Notes under the pieces: generated by a model
What the model was told of the DNA's origin: nothing
The model's database searches: none
Seen by the model: the letters and a program-made list of their open reading frames with translations, nothing else
From: Pseudovirgaria hyperparasitica
Taxonomy: Eukaryota
Length of the DNA stretch: 64,000 nucleotides
Strand: one strand, 5' to 3'
Assembly: GCA_010093815.1 (NCBI GenBank)
Contig: ML996583.1
In this document: one piece after another, positions 27,601 to 40,000 of the stretch
Layout of the letters: every line of letters begins with the position of its first letter
Numbering within the stretch: the first letter of the stretch is position 1
Position numbers and translations under genes: made by a program

Positions 27601-30600
27601 TTCTGCTCAGTGAGCGGACATCATTACTACCGATTGAAGAAGAACCTGGATCACATCTCATATCCATCCGCAGAGACATTGCCCATATACTTTGTTTCAA
27701 GCCTTTACCACACTCGGATTTGTCCGCAAGATTACCAGATAAAACCCAGGATCTGGACGAGTTCCCAGGGGTACTCAGGGAGATGACTACGTTCCGTCCG
27801 CCCGAGGGTGTATCAGACACAGGAACATTCATGCTCAAGGAGCAGTATTTTGAGGATATCGATCCTTATATAGCACAGTACAGTCGGAATCAACGCGAGG
27901 AAGCCGAAGCTCTGTACAAGAAGCACATGGCGAAAAAGACAGGACAATCACCATCCGATATAGTTTATGAACCCAAACTCCGGCCTATCCGTCAAGGAAT
28001 CTTCAAAGATATCGCTGGATTCACGAGAGTACCGCTGTTCATACAAATCATCTACTATCTTCTCAATTATGCTTTGGAGTCATCAAAGCACCACCCGAGC
28101 ATTCCAGCGACTAGAGTTGAAGCATACCTTCAATTTATTCTGCAACTAGTTTTGGTCGCTATTCCAGATGAAGAAAATGCTCGCAATGAAGGTCTTGACG
28201 GCATGCAATGTTCATTTGCGTATAATTTGATCCGATGCCAATCAAGACAAGGTCGGCTAGTTATAGGACTGTTACACAGTCTTTCTGAAATGGATGAGTT
28301 CAAGACTTGTGAGCCAAAAATAAAAACCATCATGCGCCGACTTCAACACCGAGAACCGAAAGCTTTCGCCGAAGCGTTAAAGGTGATCGACGTTTCTGCG
28401 GAAAGAATGGATACTAGTTCCCCTGCTCCAAGTACTGAAGACAAGGAACTAAAAAAGAAGCAAGCCCTAGAAAGACAAGCCAGAGTCATGGCTTCCTTCA
28501 AAGAGCAGCAGACAAACTTTATGGCTAACCAAGCTTTTGAATGGGGCGACGATGAAGATGACTACAGCGACCTTGAAGCCGAGCTTGCTACACCTATGCC
28601 GGAGGAAGAGAAGCTTTGGAAATACCCATCTGGAACTTGCATCTTGTGCCAAGAGGAGACTAGTGATCAACGACTTTACGGTACCTTTGCTTTCATCACA
28701 GATAGTCATATCTTAAGGCAGACAGACATTCGTGACAGTGACTGGGTTACTGAAGCTTTTGAAACACCAACCAGTCTCGATAGGTCGGCGGATCAGATTC
28801 GTCCTTTTGGTGTGTCTGGGAAGAATAGGAAAATGGTGACAAAGGTTACTTTTGACGGCCGTGAGACCATCACAGAACGGCAGGACTTGGGAAAGGGCTT
28901 TCCGGCGAAGATGACAAAACCAGGTCCCATATCTCATGGTTGCGGACACATAATGCATTACCACTGCTTCGAAGTTTACGTACAAGCTACTCAGCGAAGA
29001 CATGCGAATCAGATTGCCCGTGCCCATCCTGAGAGGCCAGACAGCAAAGAATTTTTATGTCCACTATGCAAAGCTCTAGGAAACGCCTTTCTACCCATCA
29101 TTTGGAAAGGTAAATCTGAGTCATATCCGGCGGTACTCAAACAGAATCGTAGCGCTACGTTTGAGAATTGGCTTGCCACAGATGTTGCATTGCATGTAGC
29201 AAAGATTGACAAAAGCCCGGAACATAGCCCATCGAATGCGCAAACGTTGGCCAGACTACGACAGATATTCGTCGATTTTGGGACGCAGCATTTGATCCAA
29301 CCGCTTGCTTCGAAACTTCCAGAAATAAACCGTCTGTCATTACTGACACTTCCACCAATAACTGCTGCAGGACAAATACCAAGTACATTACCTCGTATCG
29401 CATCTCCGCCACACTTCGCGGCAACAGCAGCTCTCGATGACACAGGAAACCAGGCTACAATCAATCCTGAAGCCTCGAACGGTCCCCAACTTCAACCAAT
29501 TCCTATATTAGAGCTCGTCCGGATATATCAGCGCCTTCGTGATACGATGAAAGTCAACAATTTGTCTTCTAGATATGTGTACAATCCATCGCCATTAGCA
29601 GCACGGGAGGATCTCATTTACACAGACACACTGTCCAAATGCCTAGGCTTCACCATATCAGCCACAGAAATTGCGCAGCGGGGTGTAGAGGCAGAAGTTG
29701 GAACCACTCTACTGGATAGAATATCGCCTCAGACTCTCACGCATATTCGCATTCTATCTGAGACTGTGACTTCGTATATGGCGATCGGTAGTCTCCGAAA
29801 CCAAGGTCTGTCGAACACGTGCCAAGAGTTTCTGGACACTCGAACTCGACAGTTTCAACAACTTTTCAACGGACATCCGAGGATGTCGACGATAATTCCC
29901 TCGCTCGAATACGATCTCAAACCCTTTGAGTCTATTCTATCGCAAGATACCTTCATTTTCTTCACGGAGTGCGCCACTTGCGTAGTGCCAGCCCTGCAAC
30001 TCGACATTCAGCATGTTATGCGGATATGTTACATTGCTGAGCTTGTCCGGGTGGTCATCTCCTTCTTTCGTGTGCACGGTAGTGCGAGCACTATGCCAAA
30101 GGTATCTGAACTTAAGAGAAGTGATCAAACCCAGGAGCGTAATATGCGAATATTTATACGAAGCATAATTATCACTGCAAAAAGCACCCCTGGCAGAGAT
30201 TCGATAGAGGCCCATCATGAGCAAGAATCGATACTTGAGGGTGATATACCGATGAACCAAGTCGACCTTTATTTCCTACATAAAGCCATGCTGGCATATG
30301 CGCTCCCATTCCTGCGCAAGGCCGTCATACTCATGCACGCTCGCTACGGCGTCGACTTCCCTAACACAGGCCTCTCGCAAACTACAATGACTGAGCATCA
30401 GCGCCTGACTCTTGCTCTTAAACTCCCTTCCCTCGACGAGATTTTTGAGACTTTCGCGTCCTCATCCGAGGGTGGCAGTGTCTTGCGCTCCATGGTCCGC
30501 GGCTGGATCTCACACCTAATGTGGTCTCACAGCAACACCCACCTCTCTCCTGACACCATCATGCTATCACATCCCGCCATTTTCGAGTTGGTCGGCCTGC

Positions 30601-31096
30601 CAAAGAACTACGATACCCTGACAGACGAAGCCATCCGACGTAGATGCCCAACAACCGGCAGGGACCTCACCGATCCGGCAGTGTGTCTTTTCTGCGGCGA
30701 GATCTTCTGCAGCCAGGGCGTGTGCTGCATGCAGGATAAACAGGGCGGCTGTGCCTTGCACCAGAAGAAGTACGTGAAAACCTATACATTAACATCCTAG
30801 TATGACAGTGTGGCTAATGCATTGACAGATGTGGCGGCAACGTGGGCATGTATATCAACATCCGCAAGGGCATGGTGCTTTTCATGAATCAGATCCGCGG
30901 CTGCTGGGTTCCGGCCCCCTATCTCGACATTTATGGCGAGACAGACCCGACGTTGCGGCGTCACCACCAGTTGTTCTTGAATCAGAAACGATATGATGCA
31001 CTCTTGAGGTCTGTGTGGTTGGGTCATGGGATCCAAACAATGATTGCTAGAAGGCTGGACGCGGAAGTGAATAATGGGGGTTGGGAAACGCTTTGA
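24615..31096 (+). CDS. UBR1: N-end rule E3 ubiquitin ligase Ubr1. Exons 24615-30769, 30829-31096
   Basis: UBR box (CGHIFKSGEATYRCKTC...CCDCGD), ClpS-like LWNDEKHT, RING-H2 CILCQE...CGHIMHYHC...CPLCK, and C-terminal CLFCG...APYLDIYGE. Confidence 0.95.
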
Positions 31097-31495
31097 AGTG
31101 TTGGGACTGTTTCAGTGACCGAGATTAATCTGAGAATGGAGTGTGCTTACAGCCATTGTTACGGGTCCATGACACAGCATAATTGTATTCGTAATGATAA
31201 TCGCGGTCATATACATATATTCAATTTGATTATTATGAATCGTTAGGTCAAGTATCAACAGAGCCGGACGGACAAGTCGTGCGGATAATTTCGTGCGAAT
31301 TATCCGCACGAATCCTCCTAATAGGACATTCAAGATATTGGTCACCGTCCTCCACAGATGTCTGTGTCTAGATTCATGGGGACTATGATGAACATGATTT
31401 TCATTGATTGTTTTTGAGCCTAGGAACACCCCGAAGGAAACAATCATAATGTACCAGAACCCGTGAATGCAAATTTACTTTATCGCCTTTGGTAT

Positions 31496-32499
31496 CTAAG
31501 CCTCTGACTCAAAAGCAGTGGGGAAGCGCCTCATGTTGGACTCAAGGTTACCCTTGTTCCTCAGGAACTGAACGTATGCACCATCGACCTTGACACGACC
31601 CGCCTTGCGCTCCTCGACATATTGGTCACGGTTGAGCTTGGTGAAACCCCATTTCTTGGAAACGATAATCTTCTGGCGACCGGGGAACTTGTACTGGCAG
31701 CGACGGAGAGCCTCGAGAGCGGTGGCACGATTGGTATCCTTGGTGCGGACGGACAGGAGAATCTGGCCAATGTTGACACGGGCGACACTGCCGTTGGGCT
31801 TGCCCCAGGCACCACGCATTCCGGTTTGGAGTCTATCGGCTCCGGCGCACGACAACATCTTGTTGATTCGGACAACGTGGAACGGGTGGGCGCGGACACG
31901 CATGTGAAAGTTGTCCTTTCCGGCGATCTTGACGAGGTACCTTCAAGCATTCTGTTAGTCATGCTGTACCTCAAAATTCCATGATGACGTCGGCCATTCT
32001 TTGGGCACTCTCTATGCCGTCTTTAAATATTTCTTGTTCTGTGCTTTTGCCACATGTCATCCATAGCCGCATTTCTCTTTATTTTCCAGAATGGTTCCCT
32101 TATGTAGGTTCGGGTATGAAACTCACTTGTTGGCGCAAATACGAGCGGCTTCAAGAGCTTCGGAGCTCAACTGTTCGTATTCGTTGGAGACGAGGTGGAT
32201 GCAGAGGGGAAATTCATCGACGTTCGCACGCTTGCGACCAAGATCAAAGATGCGAATCTTCGGGTCAGGTACACCACGGTTGAACCGCGACTTTGGGTAC
32301 GGCTGCAGTCACAGATTATTAGCCTTTGATTCTGAGGTTGTCACTGAAGATGATCGTGAATCTTCGTCCTGGCGTGTCCATCCGAAGGGCTACCTCTTGC
32401 CGGCGCGGTGTCCAATCGACCTCAAGCAGCTTCAGGTTGTAGATAGGTGCCTACCTTGTTCTTGCAGTAACGGTAACATCTTGCAGGGCGACGGGCCAT
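31496..32499 (-). CDS. RPL10: 60S ribosomal protein L10 (uL16). Exons 32499-32455, 32302-32127, 31940-31496
   Basis: [39 protein letters not shown]...[24 protein letters not shown]. Confidence 0.97.
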
Positions 32500-32902
32500 T
32501 TTGTCGGTATTGATGGCGGTCGTGAGGTGGTGGAATGACGAGGACGAAACAGAGGAGCAATGGTGGGCTTTTTGGACGTTCATTGAATTTCTAAGCACAC
32601 TCGCTTAGCGAGCCGAATCGGGCAGCGGGGGCGTAACTGTCCGAACGAGCTCGCTTACTGTTTGGCGAGCAAGATATGGAAGAAAGAGAACGCCGCCGTC
32701 TCACATCGAAAGGCATATGTCATCATGAAGAATCGAGAGTCATAGCATAGAGTAGTTTCTTGAGTCACAAACCGTGTGGCGGTTTTTCATTGGTATCTAC
32801 ATTGGCCTACACAAATGACATTCCATGCGCCCGATTGATATGCCCCGGATTTTGAGCGCCGAGCGTCGAGCGCTTCGTACGCTGGCCTTTTCCTATTCAC
32901 AT

Positions 32903-33545
32903 CTATGCCTGACCAGCGCTGAGAATATCAGAGTCACCAGCGTCAATGATGGCCATAGTTCCGCAACGGAAGAGTTTACCACACGCAGTTCCGAGTTCGA
33001 TACTGTAAGCACAGTTATGTCAGCCGTTTGATACCCTCCAAAGTCACAAGACTCTTTCTCAGGGTATGCCCTCCCGAGACGTGCGCGCCTGTTCTCAGGG
33101 CTATAAAGACCATAAGGTGTTGGATATGCTTACTTGTTGCCAGAGAAGTGGTGGACATTGGTCTTGGACAGCTACAAAGGATTACTACTACGTCCATTCA
33201 ACTATTGCGATTTGAATCGTACCATGCTGTAGTATTCCAATTCTGACTTCCTCAAAGGAGGGCAGTTGCCAGCAATGATTACAAGCTTGGCCTTTCCTGA
33301 GCGGAGCCTTCTCGCTGTCAGTCTCAAATCTTGTTCATCGCGCGATAGGTGCTTCGACTAATTCGAGTGCGGAGTTCGGTAGACGTACGACTTGAGGGTA
33401 CTCTTGTAGCCAAGAGTGACTGTGACAGATTAGGAGACGTTCAAGATTTGAAGGTCGCGATGACCATACCTTTACCAGACTTCATCACCAGAGCCAGACG
33501 GCTGTTGATGGAGTCGGCGGACTTCTTGCTCTTCTTGATTGCCAT
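32903..33545 (-). CDS. RPL30: 60S ribosomal protein L30 (eL30), 109 aa. Exons 33545-33470, 33419-33389, 33307-33223, 33171-33134, 33002-32903; not in the ORF track
   Basis: Spliced translation: [109 protein letters not shown]. All four introns are GT-AG. Confidence 0.97.
33031..33101 (-). promoter_or_regulatory. Two tandem kink-turn hairpins in RPL30 intron 4 (33101-33068 and 33067-33031)
   Basis: GCCC-UGA-GA-A-C-AGGCG-cgca-CGUCU-c-G-G-GA-GGGC and AUACCC-UGA-GA-A-AGAGUC-uugu-GACUUU-G-GA-GGGUAU. Each has a canonical stem, a 3-nt bulge, tandem G.A/A.G pairs and a second stem. Confidence 0.85.
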
Positions 33546-33608
33546 CTCTGCGTGTTCAGAATTTGTAAATGAAAGTTCTGAAGGGTTTAACTGATTATAC
33601 GCTCCGGT
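33542..33608 (-). promoter_or_regulatory. L30-binding kink-turn spanning the RPL30 5' UTR and start codon
   Basis: ACCGGAGCGU (33608-33599) pairs with ACGCAGAGAUGG (33553-33542). This nearly matches the S. cerevisiae RPL30 autoregulatory site ACCGGAGUGU...ACGCAGAGAUGG. Confidence 0.88.
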
Positions 33609-34036
33609 GCAGGATCAGAAGTTCACGGTATAGTTTTGAAGATGTAAATTGGTGTTGTGTGGGATCTTAGCGGACTTGGCATGCACTAGTGCGAAAGGCT
33701 TGGATGATTCAGGCATCAAGGCACGCACGACTCTGGAAAATGTAAGCCATCGTCCTAGCGACTAAGTTCTTCTTTACTGACTCATCCAGAGTATGGCCAT
33801 CAGCGCAATCAGTTGTAAGATTTCGTACATTCCCCAAATGAAAAGAGTTGATTAATATTTATCTTTTCTCGTGGCAGTCGAGATGCAGATTGTATATTCG
33901 TGAAACGCCTGGTGAGATGCAACCGTAATCCCTCAAAGATGCAAGACCGCAAGACCGCCCTGTACCCATACACCTCGCTAATTGACATAATTCCATAAAC
34001 GACAAACCATACGCCCAGCCAGACTTGGCGTCAGTA

Positions 34037-37000
34037 TCAGCCGCCGCCGTTATCACTCTCTATCCTTTCTGCTGTGTCAAATCTTGCAATCTTAGGCCTC
34101 CGCGTCGTGAGTCTTGGCTCTGGACTGCTATCCTCTCCTGCTTCGCGTTTTGCTTTTTCCATGACCTCCATCGTGATATCACGAGCTTGCCGTTCGATCG
34201 TCTTGTCTTGAACAGCCTCACTAGGATGCGCTAGGTACGTCTCGATTAGAGCCTTGAGTGTTTGTGCTCTGTTCAAAGTTTAGCTCGTGTTCAATGAGAT
34301 CAGATTCACGTGCACGCGTGATAGAACATCAGGGTATGTGACTTTTGGGGGATGACACAGTAAACGGCGTATCCGAGTACAGTGTAATACACAAAGTGAC
34401 AGGAAGGACTCACCGGACAGGCTTTGCCAGGTAATTATTCATTCCTGCTTCAAGACATTTTTCTCGGTCACCTTGTATGGCAGAAGCAGTCATCGCGATA
34501 ATCAATACATTCTTCACAACCGGGTCCGGGTGTCGGCGAATATCGCGAGTAGCGTCGTAGCCATCCTTGACGGGCATTTGGCAGTCCATAAGGACTAGGT
34601 GGAACGGTTTTCCCTCCCGACTTGCTCGTTCCAAAGCCTCGATGGTCTTGCTCCCATCTACGAATGCTTCGCATTGGAAGCCAAGCTTAGCCACAAATGA
34701 GATGGCGATGCGTTGGTTGATTAGGTTGTCCTCTGCTATGCAGATGCGTAGTTGATCTCGAGGGATCGTGGACAGATCAATTATACCGGGCGCCTGTTGA
34801 CCCTCCTGAGCAGTTGGTGTAGAGAACTTAGCCATAGGATTCACGTCTCGTCCCCTCGCTTCCGTCTCTGTCTCTGTCACCTTTTTGAAGGTTATAGCGA
34901 ATGAGACAGTCGTGCCTACACCTGGAGTAGAGTCCAGCCAGATTTTGCCATCCATAACGCTTACAATCGCTTTACAAATCGATAACCCAAGGCCGGTCCC
35001 TCCATATCCTCGCGAGCTTGAACTCTCAATCTGGCTGAATGGTAAAAAGAGCTTATTTTTCTGGTCCTTCGAGATACCGATGCCAGTATCGGCGACACTG
35101 CAAGTAATGTCCACGGTGTCGTTTGTTTCGGAGATCACAGAGGCGGAAACTGTTACTGCTCCCTCCGTAGTGAATTTGTAGGCGTTCGACAGTAGGTTCA
35201 TTAGCACTTGGTGTAGGCGTATGCCGTCTGCTAGCACGAAAATGTCTTTCAGACGATCATCTAATAGTACCCTTGTTTTCAAGCCACGCTCTTCATTGGT
35301 ATATGATAAAGCCCTTACAACCTCGGTAATGGTCTCCGTAAGATTTAAAGAAGTCACAATCATATTCATTTTGCCAGCTTCAAGCTTGCTGAAGTCCAGG
35401 AGGTCGTTGATGATGGACAAGAGAAGATCAGCACAAGTTCGGATGCTGTCAGCATATGAGTTCTGCTCGGTCGTCATTTGGCTAGCCTTTAACAGCTCCG
35501 ACATGCCAATGACGCCGTTCAATGGTGTCCTTAGTTCATGTGAGACGTTGGCCAGAAATAGTGATTTTGCACGTGCAGCCTCTTCTTTCAACTGCACGTT
35601 TCGAATTGCTATAGCTTCGGCGATTTTGGCCTTGTTTTCCGACTCGCGAGCTTGCGCAAGTGCTTGTTTTTGCATGTCCAACATGGCAACGTTGCTCGCA
35701 CTGACCCGCTCTATACGCTTGAACATCAATGCGTTTGCCAAGGAGATACCGATTTGGTTAACAAGAAGTCCAAGAACCGTAACATTACGCTCTGTAAAGG
35801 AGTTTGGTGGTCCCTCGCAGTATAAACTCCCAAGTAAGACGTTATTGCCATGAAGTATTGGCATGCATATAACGGCCTTGCCTTCAGGATTGCGACGCAG
35901 GTATGCTTCCGGCACATTCGAAAACCTTTCATCCTCTATGATATTGGGCACAAAGACGATCTCCTTGAAGCGAAGTGAGTAGAGAGTGACCTGGCGAGCG
36001 ATTTGATCATCGACGGATTGGAGCGGTTGTCCTTTGGGAAACGTCGTAACTCCGTCAGGGGTACCAACGGTGGCTACAGTCCATTCGGTTTGGTCTTCGA
36101 CCACGATTGCAGAAACATCAGCTGTCGTTGATTCTAGTATAATTTCGGTCATCTTAGATAGTAACTTGTCCTCTTTCAGCTCAGATGATAGGACCTGGCT
36201 GGCTTCTAAAATTCCTTGAAGGTCTATCACATCGAGGCCTGATGCAGAGAGTGTAGCGTTATTAGACATGACCGGTAGGGAAGCTTCTGCTTTCCTTCCA
36301 TTAGGATACTGAGGAGACAACCATGCAGTTGTACGGTCGGCGGACGTCTCTAAGCCTAGTTTGTTATTCTCCTGAGCTTCATTCTGGCTCAAGCGAAATT
36401 CCGTATTATTCGTGTCGATTATGGTGGTCTGGCATTCTGCATCAGCTGTACTCAGGCTCGAATAGCCCTGCAGTAGCCACTCGTATTGGTCTTTTAGTTG
36501 TGTGCACTTGCCTAATGCAGATATTCTGCGATAGGATGATATAGCTTCCACCATCATGCGTTTGGCAGGTCTTTTGGCTCCTTGACGGATGAGAGAACCA
36601 GCGTAGAGTTCGAATGCAAGGCCTTCATCCAAGGTGAAATTGTTCAGTTCAGCGTCGTCGAGGGCTGCTTCATAGCTTCTCATCGCCTCTGAGACCTGAC
36701 CAGAGACATCGGCTATCTCGGCAGATAGCAAGGCTAGCCATAGTCGATAGTTTATGTCGTTGAATAACGTTGACGAGCGAATTCTCTCGTAGTAGCCGCG
36801 AATCTTGGTGAGTAGAGTGCCGCGCATGCTGCTCATGCCTTCGCTACTGACATGCGTCTCACCATTCTCCGCCCTCCGTCGTAAGAGGCCGATGTAGCTT
36901 AGACTCAGGAAGAAGAGATTGGAGTATGTATATCTCATGCAGAACAGACTCTCCATCGTCGTGAGAAGTCTCTCCCCGGTCGCAATAGCCTCTTCAAAGT

Positions 37001-40000
37001 GACCGTAACGGTATTGCGCCTCTAGAAGATATGATAGATATAGAGTGCGCGGTCGTCTCGGGTTGGAGGACCTAAGATCAATCTCCTGGAGATATGTGGT
37101 GGAGTCGTGATTATCGTCATTCAAGACACCGTCAGCTGAAGACGTACGCGTTTTCCCTTGCATTGCCTTGCAGAATTGCGCTGTAGATATTAGCAATACG
37201 CCGCCCCTTAAATCATGCTGCCAGTTTTTGTACTCTGCGGGAGCTTCTTGGGTATACGCTTCGACCTCTGCTAGGTCATCGGAGGCTTGCAGACGAAAGG
37301 AACTGACTATGCCTCTGTTGAGTAACGACATGATCCGGTCTCCCGCCTGCACAGAAGCTTCGTTTGCTTCATTCAATGAAGGTATCTGATGTCTGATGTG
37401 GGTCTCTAAGTGGCCAATGAAGAGTGGATACAGAGTCCCAAAACGGCCTAAAGTGTATGCACCACACGATTCCTCGGCACCGAAGCGGTCGAGGAATCGC
37501 CGGGCAATTGCAGCGATATCTATGCCTAATTTGCTATTGCTGAACCTGCCGATGACGATACTGGACCAGTGCAGATAGCCCAGAGCCAATTGCGGCACTG
37601 TGCCTCGATTCAGCTGGAGTTTGACCATCTCAAGCGTCATCTGATAGAACAGTAGTGAGTTACTCCAGAACGCTGCACTGAGGAGTTCAACCAGAACAGG
37701 ACCAATGGTCTCTAATGTCCGATCTTTCGTCAACGGTCGATCAGCAAGCGCTGTTCCACCTTCCTGTTGCATGACGACCGCGCAGAGCGCCTGTTGCTCG
37801 GAATCTATCTTTTCCCATGATGCGTCGTGTACCGTAAGTCCCAGGTCTGATAAACACGTCTTCAAAGCCATCCAAGCGTTGTGACTGTCACCTTGGATCG
37901 CCCAGATTCGCGATTGTAGGATCCAAGAAGGCGCTTTATCTACGGCATCTTTCGCCTTGTTGAAAGTCGTTTGTAATAGGCCCAGGGCAGGCTCGAAGAG
38001 ACCTTGGAACCAATAGCACTCCGCAGTACGGGTGAAAAGTCTCAAAGTCTCCTGGTAGTTGACATCCTTGCTGGCTTGGTGTTTGGCGCCGATCTTAGAC
38101 CCCTGAACGAGAGTCGATGCGTCCCAAGGCGCGGTTGGCAGTCCAGATTCAGATACTTGTGAGTCGATAGATTCGTCCCACGGGTCATCTTGTAGCAGTT
38201 GCAAGCAGTTGCTATAGTAGAATAACGCTGTCTCGCGAGCTCCTGTTTCGCACGCATGTTCCGCCGCTTGGTATAAAACATCGCGAAAGGCTGCACGTTC
38301 AGGAAGTCGACTCTTGATCAGGTCGGCGGCTAGACAGATATGTCTGCTGCGAACATACAAAGACTTGCTTCCTACCACAGTATTGTCCTGGCTGCCATGT
38401 TTTATCATTGTCTGGGCGATCAGGAAATGCATCTCAGCAGCGCTGTAGTCATCGGCCAAAGCCATGGCTGCCTGCAGATAGCGGTCATGACTGAACCTGA
38501 AGCGATCCTCGGTGTCTCCAGTCGTGATGATATATACTGCCAGGGCTCCTTCAAGTCCAGCGACAGCATCTTTGGATGACACGATGGGCATCGGTGATGC
38601 TTCAAGGCAAGTGTACGTCCCGCTCATTAGATCTTTGATAAGACTGAAGGAAAATGACGTCCCTATCATGGACGCCCACGCTAAGAGCGACTGCGTTTCC
38701 GGTGCTAGTGCTCGGAATTTTTTAGTGATGAAGTCATTGTTAATTTGTTCGCCATATGACTGAGATTCAAATTCGGAAAAGATCTTGTCGATGTCGTACT
38801 CCCAGAGTGAATCCTTCCAATTGTAGTATATGCAATTCTTTCGCTGGCAGGTATCGAGAACCTCACGTATCAGAAATGGATTGCCGCGAGTCTTCTCCTG
38901 AATCACCGCTGCCAATGGTAGTATGTACTCTCTGTCTCTATGAAGGGTTGCTTCCACGTAGTCTAGCGTTTCTTCTTCGGCGAAGGGCTTTAGCTCAATG
39001 TACGTAGATCGAGGTAATAGAGCGCGGATCCATTCGGGTAGCATGTCTTCGGCTCTGAATGTCATTATTAGGAGAATGGGGATTTTACTGGATATAATAT
39101 TGCGGATAAGATCTAAGCTCTCGGAGTCCGCAAATTGTAAGTCATCAACTGAGCAGGCTATGAAACTTTCTGTGGCCAAGAGGCGAAGTACGTCGAGGAA
39201 AGTATTCTTGAACCGCAATGACTTGTTGGATCCACCGGATCGCAACCAATCGGCCGCCGTGTTTCCTGATGAACCAGCAGCTGTACTTTGCAGGGCAGGA
39301 GAAGAAGCTCTTCTCGACACATCAGCTGGGGGAGACTTCTGCCGAGAGCTGTTCGTGTGATCTCCAGAATCCAGAAGCCATGCAGGTAGGTCAAGGTACG
39401 CATGAAGAGAGCCCCAGACAGGATAAACTGTATTACGGATCATGCTATGAAACTCGGTGGAGACGTCGCTTTCGGAAAAGATTTGACGGAAGATTGAAGA
39501 CATAAGCCGCAGAACGGGATCGAAAGGAGTTCGTTTTGCTTGATCGAATTTTGTTGAGGCGAAATAGCCATGCGAACGAGCGTGTACCTGAACACTCTGA
39601 ACCAGACACGACTTGCCAAGCCCAGCCGTGCCATTGATGGCTATGATCTCACAATGACCTTTGCGCCGCAGGCGTTGAACTTTCCTTAAGAGTATTGATG
39701 GGCTTTCGTTGCTACCGCTGTGGAGTGAATTTGACCTCATGATTGACGACGAATTGATACTAGCACTAGCGGCTCGTCCGTGGTCAGACGAAATCCTAGG
39801 AGCCGGCAAAGGTTTAACATCGGACATGTCCTCATTGCTCGAAGCGTTAGCAACCGTCCTTGGGCTGACGAGCCCCAGAGTCGCGGCATTTGCGTGTGCA
39901 GGATCAACGCCACTTCCATTTCTGCTGTCCTGTCGTCCCTCAGAGCTTCCGCTTTCTGAAAAGGCGTCATCCGCGTGGCTGGATTCCATTCTAGGATCAT

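Noticed and set aside
31941..32126. Possible intronic C/D snoRNA in RPL10 intron 2
   Set aside because: The ATGATGA box is on the non-transcribed strand. On the transcript strand there is no proper C box with a CUGA D box.
33101..33133. TTTATAG as an alternative acceptor in RPL30 intron 4
   Set aside because: It would give a 33-nt intron with no clear branch point, too short to be plausible.
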